Of a stretch of DNA of 64,000 nucleotides, positions 30,921 to 38,397 are shown piece by piece. The number at the start of each line of letters is the position of its first letter. Positions within the stretch are counted from its first letter, which is position 1. The position numbers were made by a program, and so were the translations under genes. Where the stretch lies: the IMG/VR virus record IMGVR_UViG_3300046167_000884, positions 32,001-96,000 of that record. One strand, given 5' to 3'. This DNA is from a virus. Below the pieces are notes generated by a model. The model searched no databases. It was given only the letters and a program-made list of their open reading frames with translations, and was not told the DNA's origin.

Positions 30921-31472
30921 ATGGATAATTTCGATTTAAAAAAATATTTAGCTGAAGGAAGACTATTTGAAGAAGATTTTAAAAATCCAATTCTAGATAA
31001 ATATTTAGAACTAAAAAAATCAGTAGATAACAATACAGCTTTTGAGTATGAACTATCAGATTTTATTAATGGTTTAGATAATACTGAACGTGAGGGATTA
31101 GAAAGCGATTTAGGATTAGAAAGAGATGAGTTATATGAAGGTCGCTTATTAAAAGAAGAGATAATGGTTGACACCACTATTATGTTTGGTGGTAATGACT
31201 ATATTAAAGATGTACTTACATCACCTGATGATTTTGGCTTTGATGAAGAAGATGCTGAATGGATTAAAAGTAATATTTTAACTGCTCCTAAAATGGTATC
31301 TATTGAAGATTACATGGCTTTAGAGGATAAGTGGGTAGAACAAGCAGATTTAGATGTTGGAACAGGAGCAGATCGTGAGTCTGTTCTAGATGCTATTGAT
31401 GTTCATATTAAACAAGGATTAATAACTCCTGAAGAAGGAGAAGAAGCTAAAAAAATAGCACTAAAATTTTAA
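30921..31472 (+). CDS. Leader-cassette protein 3 (acidic)
   Basis: MDNFDLKKYLAEGRLFEED; internal YEGRLLKEE. Confidence 0.8.
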   Translation: MDNFDLKKYLAEGRLFEEDFKNPILDKYLELKKSVDNNTAFEYELSDFINGLDNTEREGLESDLGLERDELYEGRLLKEEIMVDTTIMFGGNDYIKDVLTSPDDFGFDEEDAEWIKSNILTAPKMVSIEDYMALEDKWVEQADLDVGTGADRESVLDAIDVHIKQGLITPEEGEEAKKIALKF

Positions 31473-31477
31473 AATAA

Positions 31478-31789
31478 ATGGATAACTTTGATCTAAAAAA
31501 ATATTTAGCTGAAGGTAAATTATATGAACAAAAATCTCCTAAATTTAAAATAGGTGATTTTGTTCAACCTAAAAGCCGAGATAAATATGTAGGCCAAATT
31601 GAAGATGTTTATATTAATAAACCTGAAAATTTAGAAATAAAAGATGGTGAATATGTTTATTCAGTTGATAAATTAAATCACAGAGGAAAAGATGCAATGT
31701 CATTTGATTTTAAAGAATCAGATTTAGAATCAATATCTGACCCAACTGAATATATAAAAAGTTTAACACCATATAAAAGAAGAAACTAA
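31478..31789 (+). CDS. Leader-cassette protein 4 (KOW/SH3-like payload)
   Basis: MDNFDLKKYLAEGKLYEQ; FKIGDFVQ..YVGQIEDV. Confidence 0.8.
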   Translation: MDNFDLKKYLAEGKLYEQKSPKFKIGDFVQPKSRDKYVGQIEDVYINKPENLEIKDGEYVYSVDKLNHRGKDAMSFDFKESDLESISDPTEYIKSLTPYKRRN

Positions 31790-31790
31790 A

Positions 31791-32372
31791 ATGGATAATT
31801 TCGATTTAAAAAAATATTTAGCGGAAGGCCGCTTATTAAAAGAAGAATTAACTTTTTCTTTTGACGAATATAGCTATGAAATTGATGATGATGCCTATCA
31901 AGCAGAAGTAGAGGCAGGTATTAAAACTCAATTACCAAACATCTCAGATAAAGTTTTACAAGCAATCATAGATAGTTCTGTAGAATACTATTATGATCAA
32001 AGAGAAGAAGATGTACCTTCTAGTGATATCGTAGATATGGCAGTTGATTATTATAATGATGAAATGACTGGAGGCAGTAAACCATCTGCTCCAAGTCAAA
32101 AATATGATTTATCTAGTGTTGATTTAAGTGGATTAGATAAAGGCCAAAAAGAAGCTTTTGATAAATTTGTAGATATTTACCTTAAACCTTATGGTGATAC
32201 TGATGCACAAGAAGATTTAGAACGCTACGTTAGACAATTTGGAAAAGTAGAAAATGCATACGATCTTGATTCTCTAATCCCAAACTCATTTCAGTACGAC
32301 AGGGAGGAAAGGGAAGCTATGCAACTTCAATTGAGAAGAGCTTATTTAGATGATGATCAACCTATAAACTAA
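31791..32372 (+). CDS. Leader-cassette protein 5 (acidic)
   Basis: MDNFDLKKYLAEGRLLKEE. Confidence 0.8.
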   Translation: MDNFDLKKYLAEGRLLKEELTFSFDEYSYEIDDDAYQAEVEAGIKTQLPNISDKVLQAIIDSSVEYYYDQREEDVPSSDIVDMAVDYYNDEMTGGSKPSAPSQKYDLSSVDLSGLDKGQKEAFDKFVDIYLKPYGDTDAQEDLERYVRQFGKVENAYDLDSLIPNSFQYDREEREAMQLQLRRAYLDDDQPIN

Positions 32373-32378
32373 TATATT

Positions 32379-32444
32379 ATGAAATGTAATTGTAAAGTAT
32401 GTAATTGCGGAACATCATGTGGATGTGATTGCTGTAATTGTTAA
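32379..32444 (+). CDS. 21-aa Cys-rich metallothionein-like peptide
   Basis: Translated by hand: MKCNCKVCNCGTSCGCDCCNC*, 9 Cys; fits exactly between cassettes 5 and 6. Confidence 0.7.
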   Translation: MKCNCKVCNCGTSCGCDCCNC

Positions 32445-32457
32445 AATATAAAATAAA

Positions 32458-32979
32458 ATGGACAATTTTGATTTAAAAAAATATTTAGCTGAAGGTAGGC
32501 TATTAAAAGAAAATATAGATATGGCTACAATACTTAGCCATGATGATTATAAAGAACTTTATATAGGAAATAGAGCTGAACATGATGCTTCTCCTGAAGA
32601 AGAACAATTCAGTGATGAATATATAATTGACCTTAAACCAGGAATGTACCACATGATATTTTGGAATGATGAAGGTCCTGATTATAATGTTTATAATAGC
32701 AAAGAAGAATATATAAAAGATTCTATTGTAAGTTTTTGGGACATCGAACACTTTGAAAGAAAATTTGGACTTACAGATGAATTAGATGCAGCTGGAGATA
32801 ATTGGGAAAGTGTTTTTAATAAACATATAGAAGATAATTTAGATATGTATTATGAAGAACTAAATAGACTTATTAACAATTCAGAAGCTGATGGTGATTC
32901 AGCTAATGGGGTTGTTCTTTTACAAAATGGTAAAGTAGTAGCTGGTGAAGCAACTAATATAAGCAGAAGATTTGATTAA
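32458..32979 (+). CDS. Leader-cassette protein 6 (acidic)
   Basis: MDNFDLKKYLAEGRLLKEN. Confidence 0.8.
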   Translation: MDNFDLKKYLAEGRLLKENIDMATILSHDDYKELYIGNRAEHDASPEEEQFSDEYIIDLKPGMYHMIFWNDEGPDYNVYNSKEEYIKDSIVSFWDIEHFERKFGLTDELDAAGDNWESVFNKHIEDNLDMYYEELNRLINNSEADGDSANGVVLLQNGKVVAGEATNISRRFD

Positions 32980-32985
32980 ACTAAA

Positions 32986-33021
32986 ATGGATAATTTTGAT
33001 TTTAAAAAACATATAGGATAG
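32986..33021 (+). pseudogene. Empty/degenerate leader cassette MDNFDFKKHIG*
   Basis: aaaatggataattttgattttaaaaaacatataggatag matches the array leader and stops after 11 codons. Confidence 0.7.
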
Positions 33022-33059
33022 ATTCATAGCCTATCCGATTAGAAATAATTAAAGAGATC

Positions 33060-33086
33060 TGTGGCCTCCATTTGGAGGTCACATTT
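33060..33086 (+). terminator. Hairpin closing the cassette array
   Basis: gtggcctcc-attt-ggaggtcac stem (one G-U pair); short T tract. Confidence 0.6.
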
Positions 33087-33102
33087 AAGTTTCGTATATT
33101 AA
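33071..33102 (+). promoter_or_regulatory. Bacteroidota-type promoter
   Basis: TTTG-N20-TATATT. Confidence 0.65.
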
Positions 33103-33124
33103 CGTGTTAAAAATAGAAGTATAG

Positions 33125-33280
33125 ATGGATATAGATAAAGAATTTTATTTAGTAAGAAAAAATGAAGGTAATTCATTTCAAAGATTAATGATGTTTTTTT
33201 TAGAACAAAACAAAAAACATGGTGCAGATTTCGGAGTAGCAGGAATGTATAATACTTTAAATAGATTTTATGGTGAGTAA
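33125..33280 (+). CDS. Small hypothetical protein (51 aa)
   Basis: MDIDKEFYLVRKNEGNSFQRLMMFF... downstream of a host-type promoter; overlaps the next start. Confidence 0.5.
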   Translation: MDIDKEFYLVRKNEGNSFQRLMMFFLEQNKKHGADFGVAGMYNTLNRFYGE

Positions 33281-34577
33281 AAACGTAGTAATGATTGGAG
33301 CAGGTGTAGCAAATGTAAATGCTGCTACCAAGCTAGTTGACAATGGGTTTAAAGGTAAAATCACTATTATTGATATGGGTAAAGACCCATATTTAAGACC
33401 TTATGAAGAGGTAATGACAGGTTTCCTAGGAGCAGGAGGTTGGTCTGATGGTAAATTAACTTATCATACTTCAATTGGAGGGCAATTATCTAAATATTGT
33501 GGTGAAGAAAAAGCAATGGAATTATTTGATCAGGTGATAGATAATTTTAAACGATTCCATCCTAAACCAGAAGAGGTACAATGCTCAAATCCAGTTGCAG
33601 AACCAGATTTTATTAAACCATATTTCGGTTTACGTTTATTCCCTGTATGGCACGTTGGTACAGATTATTTACATGAGATTGGTAAAAATTGGTATGATTT
33701 CTTAGTTGATAATGGTGTAGAATTTATTTGGGAAACTAAAGTATATGCTATTGATTTTGTAAATGAAAGGGTATTAGGTAAATCATTAATTAAAGATTTA
33801 GAATATGAACGTAGGTATGATAAACTCATATTTGGTGTAGGTAAATCAGGTATTGATTTTGGTAAACAATTAGCAGAGGAATATGATCTGCCAACTGAAT
33901 CTAAACCAGTACAAATAGGTGTTAGATTTGAAGCACCACAAAAACACTTTCAAAAATTAATTGATGTAAGCTATGATTTCAAATTATATAGAAAATATGA
34001 AGACAAAGGCGTATCACTACGTTCATTCTGTACAAATAATAATGCAGCTTATGTTGCCGTTGAGGAAACATATGGAGATCACAGTTACAATGGACACGCT
34101 AAAAAAGATGAAGCATTCCGAAATGATATGACCAATTTTGGTATATTAATGGAAGTACAAGGTATTGATAAACCATTTGATTGGTCAAGAGAAGTAGTTA
34201 AAAACTTACAAATAGATGGTACAGGATTATATTATAGCCCAACACGTAAACCCTCTACAACATCTGAAGGTGTAAATGTATCAGCTATTCAAGTAGATAC
34301 ATTACATAAAATAGCAAAATCAATGCAACCATACTTTATGTATGTATATGATTTTATTGAGGACATGAAAAAAGTGTTTCCAACATTAAAAGACGATTGG
34401 GGTATTTATGTACCTGAAGTAAAATATCTATCACCTGAGCCACTTGTCGATTATACCAATTTAGCACTCACCAAGTATCCTAACGTACACTTCGTAGGCG
34501 ATGCTTTATCAGCTAGAGGTATAACGGTAAGTGGTGCACAAGGGACATATGTTGCTGAATCACTTTTGGAGAACTAA
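33270..34577 (+). CDS. FAD-dependent oxidoreductase (COG2509-like uncharacterised dehydrogenase)
   Basis: MIGAGVA Rossmann motif, GAGGWSDGKL, IGVRFE, RSFCTN, FVGDA..RGI..SGAQG. Confidence 0.85.
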   Translation: MVSKNVVMIGAGVANVNAATKLVDNGFKGKITIIDMGKDPYLRPYEEVMTGFLGAGGWSDGKLTYHTSIGGQLSKYCGEEKAMELFDQVIDNFKRFHPKPEEVQCSNPVAEPDFIKPYFGLRLFPVWHVGTDYLHEIGKNWYDFLVDNGVEFIWETKVYAIDFVNERVLGKSLIKDLEYERRYDKLIFGVGKSGIDFGKQLAEEYDLPTESKPVQIGVRFEAPQKHFQKLIDVSYDFKLYRKYEDKGVSLRSFCTNNNAAYVAVEETYGDHSYNGHAKKDEAFRNDMTNFGILMEVQGIDKPFDWSREVVKNLQIDGTGLYYSPTRKPSTTSEGVNVSAIQVDTLHKIAKSMQPYFMYVYDFIEDMKKVFPTLKDDWGIYVPEVKYLSPEPLVDYTNLALTKYPNVHFVGDALSARGITVSGAQGTYVAESLLEN

Positions 34578-34596
34578 AATAAATTTCGTATATTGA
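34565..34596 (+). promoter_or_regulatory. Bacteroidota-type promoter
   Basis: TTTG-N20-TATATTG. Confidence 0.65.
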
Positions 34597-34611
34597 TATC
34601 AAATAAAAATT

Positions 34612-34878
34612 ATGGCAAAATCAGAAAAAACACCGTTCCCACAAAGTAAAAAATTAAAAAAAGCAGATGGTACTATCGCTTATGTATGGGATAATAAACT
34701 CCACAATTGGGAGGGGCATGCTTTAATCCCTGAAGGTAAAGAAAAATTAGGTGAATATCATTTATATGGTATTAAACATACTAAAGAAGAATGGAGCGAA
34801 GCTAGAAAACAAAGAGAAGGGTTACCTTATTATAAAAATCAATCAATGAAAGCACACCTTTCAGATTATAGAAATTAA
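34612..34878 (+). CDS. Hypothetical protein
   Basis: 88 aa after a host-type promoter; KLHNWEGHALIP. Confidence 0.6.
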   Translation: MAKSEKTPFPQSKKLKKADGTIAYVWDNKLHNWEGHALIPEGKEKLGEYHLYGIKHTKEEWSEARKQREGLPYYKNQSMKAHLSDYRN

Positions 34879-34881
34879 GAT

Positions 34882-35412
34882 ATGAAAATAGGTTTATGTG
34901 GTACAATGAGTGTAGGTAAAACTACATTAGTAAATGCTTTAAAAGAAACAAAACAATTTAAAGATTATATGTTTAGAACAGAGCGTTCTAAATTTTTAAT
35001 GGAGCAAGGTATTCCACTTAATACTGATTCTACATTAAAGGGCCAAACTGTATTTTTAGCTGAACGTTGTGCCGAATTAATCCAAACAGACATTATTACA
35101 GATAGAACAGTTCTTGATGTTATGGCATTTACTTTAAATGCAAAATCAATAAACCATCAAGATAAAGAAGCATTTGAGACATATGCTAGTGAATTTGTTA
35201 GAGAATATGATTATATTTTTTACATATCCCCTTATGGGATAGATATTGAAGATAATGGAGTACGTGAAACAGATGAACATTATAGAGATTTAATTGATTT
35301 TACTATTACAACATTAATTAAAAGACATGGTCATAAAGCAGGTAAATTAGAAAAAATATCTGGATCTACAGAGGAACGTATTCAACAAATATTGAATATT
35401 ACAGGCCTTTAA
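34882..35412 (+). CDS. NadR/AAA_28-like P-loop nucleotide kinase
   Basis: IGLCGTMSVGKTTL, TDRTVLD, YDYIFY, DNGVRE. Confidence 0.8.
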   Translation: MKIGLCGTMSVGKTTLVNALKETKQFKDYMFRTERSKFLMEQGIPLNTDSTLKGQTVFLAERCAELIQTDIITDRTVLDVMAFTLNAKSINHQDKEAFETYASEFVREYDYIFYISPYGIDIEDNGVRETDEHYRDLIDFTITTLIKRHGHKAGKLEKISGSTEERIQQILNITGL

Positions 35413-35413
35413 C

Positions 35414-35423
35414 ATATTTATAA
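35414..35423 (+). promoter_or_regulatory. Putative late promoter ATATTTATAA
   Basis: Recurrent intergenic motif. Confidence 0.7.
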
Positions 35424-35438
35424 TAAAACCTTATTATA

Positions 35439-36122
35439 ATGAAAAAATCTGAATTAAAAAATTATATTAGAGAAAATATTATCTCTACATTATCTGAAGA
35501 TACTGAGGCAGAAATTGAAAAAACTAAAGAATTAACTTCAGCAATTAAAGATCTTGAAGCTGCTAAAAAAGAAGCTGGTATAGAAGAAGATGCAACCCCT
35601 AAAGGTGAAGATTTTTTTTATGATTATTTAGATATTGGTATGTCTTATTTAGAAGGATTTGGTAAAAAACATTCTTTAGATGACAGTCAGTTAGAAAAAC
35701 TAGGTAAAAAAATAGTAGATCAATTATATAAAGGTGATGTTGGTAAAGCATATGATGCTATTGTTAAAAGGGGCTCAATGAAAGAAGCATCATACTCTAA
35801 TCAATATGTAAATAAAAATAGGATTGCAAGTAATAAGTATAAACAAGCTAATACTTACAAAAAATCATATGATAGTCTTGCCCAAGTGGCATCAGAAAAA
35901 CAATTTGATGATGATAACATAGATAAAAAAGCTGTTAAAGGGGCTAAAAAAAATAAAGGTTTAGCTAAAGCAGCTGAAGAATTAGCTTTATTAACTCGTG
36001 ATATGAAATCATTGGCTAAAAAGTATTCCAAAGCTGAAGGTGAAGAAAAAGAAAAACTAGTAGCTGATCTTAAGAAAAAAACAAAACTTAAGAAAGAATT
36101 AGAAGCTATTATAGACAAATAA
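35439..36122 (+). CDS. Probable internal head protein
   Basis: MKKSELKNYIRENIISTLSE leader; late motif upstream. Confidence 0.55.
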   Translation: MKKSELKNYIRENIISTLSEDTEAEIEKTKELTSAIKDLEAAKKEAGIEEDATPKGEDFFYDYLDIGMSYLEGFGKKHSLDDSQLEKLGKKIVDQLYKGDVGKAYDAIVKRGSMKEASYSNQYVNKNRIASNKYKQANTYKKSYDSLAQVASEKQFDDDNIDKKAVKGAKKNKGLAKAAEELALLTRDMKSLAKKYSKAEGEEKEKLVADLKKKTKLKKELEAIIDK

Positions 36123-36124
36123 AA

Positions 36125-36508
36125 ATGGAGTCTAAAGAAAGGGTTATTTACATATTAAAAATTATAGTACTATTCTGTATAATATTTTGGTTATTATTTT
36201 CAGATGAGGAAGAGTATGTTGAAGATTATAATGCTAAAATAGTAGCATTAGGACAAAAAGTTGATTCGTTGCATCATATAAATAACGAATTGACTTTTAA
36301 AATCGATACCTTAAATGGACAAATAACACAATTAGACCAACAAATAAATCTTAAAGATAACAGAATAAATAGCTTAAAATATGAAATTAGTACTAAAGTG
36401 GATGCTGTTGATAACTTTAATGATGATGAGCTTGAAAGGTTTTTCACAGAACGTTACAGACAGTACATCGATTCAGTTAAAAAAACCGATAGCAAAGTTA
36501 GTAATTAA
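36125..36508 (+). CDS. Membrane-anchored coiled-coil protein (i-spanin-like)
   Basis: N-terminal TM IYILKIIVLFCIIFWLLF + heptad coiled coil; overlapped by the next gene. Confidence 0.6.
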   Translation: MESKERVIYILKIIVLFCIIFWLLFSDEEEYVEDYNAKIVALGQKVDSLHHINNELTFKIDTLNGQITQLDQQINLKDNRINSLKYEISTKVDAVDNFNDDELERFFTERYRQYIDSVKKTDSKVSN

Positions 36509-36795
36509 AGATTTAATTACGGGTGATGGGAGCTAAAAAAGAGTTAGCTTTAACATTAGATAAAATTAATTTTTTAGAACAAAAAATAGTTCTAAAAGAT
36601 AGTATTATTTTTAGTTTAAATACCCAAGTAGGGAATTTTGAATCTATTATGCTTACTAAAAGTGACCAATTAGCTTTATCCCAAAAATTATCTAAAAGAC
36701 TTCAAACCGATTTAAAAAAGCAAAAATTAAAAACTAAATTAATGGGTGGTGCTGGTTTAGTGGCTATTGCTGGGGTAATTCTTATATTAAAATAA
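36381..36795 (+). CDS. Overlapping secreted coiled-coil protein with C-terminal TM (spanin partner-like); +1 indel at GGG 36528-36530
   Basis: Frame-3 ORF MKLVLKWMLLITLMMMSLKGFS-QNVTDSTS..ITGDG joins ORF 36523-36795 (AKKELALT..GLVAIAGVILILK). Confidence 0.6.
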
Positions 36796-36798
36796 TAT

Positions 36799-38370
36799 AT
36801 GTCTGATTTAAAAAAAGTAATACGCCAAGAATATCTAAAATGTGCTCAAGACCCAGTACATTTTATGCGTAAATACTGTTATATACAGCACCCACAACGT
36901 GGTCGCATACAATTTAATCTATACCCATTTCAAGAAAAAGTATTAACGTTAATGCGCGATAATCCATATTCGATTATCTTAAAATCTAGACAGTTAGGGA
37001 TATCAACATTATCAGCAGGTTATTCTTTATGGTTAATGGTATTCCACAAAGACAAAAACATACTTTGTATAGCGACAAAGCAGGAAACTGCTAAAAACAT
37101 GGTTACAAAGGTAAAATTTATGTATGAAAATTTACCTTCATGGCTTAAAGTAGATGCAGCTGAAAATAACAAATTAACACTAAGATTAGTAAATGGGTCC
37201 CAAATAAAAGCCACATCAGCATCAAGTGATGCAGGTAGATCAGAAGCAGTATCCTTACTACTAATTGATGAGGCAGCATTTATTGATAACATTGGAGAGA
37301 TTTGGGCCTCAGCACAACAAACATTAGCAACTGGTGGTGGGTGTATAGCATTATCTACACCTTATGGTACTGGTAACTGGTTTCATCAAACATGGGTTAG
37401 AGCTGAATCAAGTGAAAATCAATTCTTACCTATTAAATTACCTTGGTACGTTCACCCTGAACGAGATCAAAAATGGAGAGACCAACAAGATGAATTATTA
37501 GGTGATCCTAGAATGGCGGCCCAAGAATGTGACTGCGATTTTAGTACTTCAGGTGATATTGTATTTTATCCTGAATATATAGACTTTTATGAAAAAACAT
37601 ATGTAAAAGATCCTATGGAAAGAAGGGGTGCGGATCAAAATTTATGGGTTTGGGAATCACCTGATTATACAAGAGATTATGTTATAGTAGCTGATGTAGC
37701 TCGTGGAGATGGAAAAGATTACTCAGCATGCCATGTAATTGATGTTGCAAGTAATACACAAGTTGCTGAATATAAAGGTCAATTAGGTACAAAAGAATAT
37801 GGTCATTTATTAGTTGGACTAGCAACTGAATATAATGAAGCAATGTTAGTAATAGAAAACGCTAATATAGGATGGGCAACAATACAAGTAGCTTTAGATA
37901 GACAATATCCTAACCTTTACTATTCACAACGGAGTGACTCCCCAAATGCTAGTTCGTATTTTGATAAATATCAAGACCACTCCAAAATGGTAGCTGGTTT
38001 TACAATGTCTTCTAGAACAAGACCTATGGTAATAGGCAAATTCCAGGAGTATATTAGTGATAAAGGAGTAACAATTCAATCAAAAAGGTTGATAGAAGAA
38101 ATGAAAACCTTTATATGGAAAAATAATAGAGCAGAAGCCCAAAGTGGGTACAATGATGATTTAGTAATGTCCTTTGGAATTGCTATGTATATTAGAGACA
38201 CTGCTTTAAGATTAAGACAACAAGGGTTAGAAGCAACTAAAAACTCTTTAAATAATATGACTGTAAATAGAACAGCATATCAAGGTAGTTATGGTTTTTC
38301 AAAAGGAGCAGATAATCCTTACCATATTGATACTAAAGATGGTAAAGAGGATATTAGGTGGCTTCTATAG
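36799..38370 (+). CDS. terL: Terminase large subunit (T4 gp17-like)
   Basis: LKSRQLGIST Walker A region, LLIDEAAFI Walker B, STPYG.GNWFH, VADVARGDGKDYS nuclease motif, NDDLVM. Confidence 0.97.
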   Translation: MSDLKKVIRQEYLKCAQDPVHFMRKYCYIQHPQRGRIQFNLYPFQEKVLTLMRDNPYSIILKSRQLGISTLSAGYSLWLMVFHKDKNILCIATKQETAKNMVTKVKFMYENLPSWLKVDAAENNKLTLRLVNGSQIKATSASSDAGRSEAVSLLLIDEAAFIDNIGEIWASAQQTLATGGGCIALSTPYGTGNWFHQTWVRAESSENQFLPIKLPWYVHPERDQKWRDQQDELLGDPRMAAQECDCDFSTSGDIVFYPEYIDFYEKTYVKDPMERRGADQNLWVWESPDYTRDYVIVADVARGDGKDYSACHVIDVASNTQVAEYKGQLGTKEYGHLLVGLATEYNEAMLVIENANIGWATIQVALDRQYPNLYYSQRSDSPNASSYFDKYQDHSKMVAGFTMSSRTRPMVIGKFQEYISDKGVTIQSKRLIEEMKTFIWKNNRAEAQSGYNDDLVMSFGIAMYIRDTALRLRQQGLEATKNSLNNMTVNRTAYQGSYGFSKGADNPYHIDTKDGKEDIRWLL

Positions 38371-38372
38371 TA

Positions 38373-38382
38373 ATATTTATAA
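38373..38382 (+). promoter_or_regulatory. Putative late promoter ATATTTATAA (portal)
   Basis: Recurrent intergenic motif. Confidence 0.7.
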
Positions 38383-38397
38383 TAATAATAACAAATT

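Noticed and set aside
29961-33021. The ~45-bp direct repeats as a CRISPR array or integron attC sites
   Set aside because: The repeats are coding and vary synonymously, the spacers are 300-650-bp ORFs, the repeats are not palindromic, and no cas or integrase gene is in the window.
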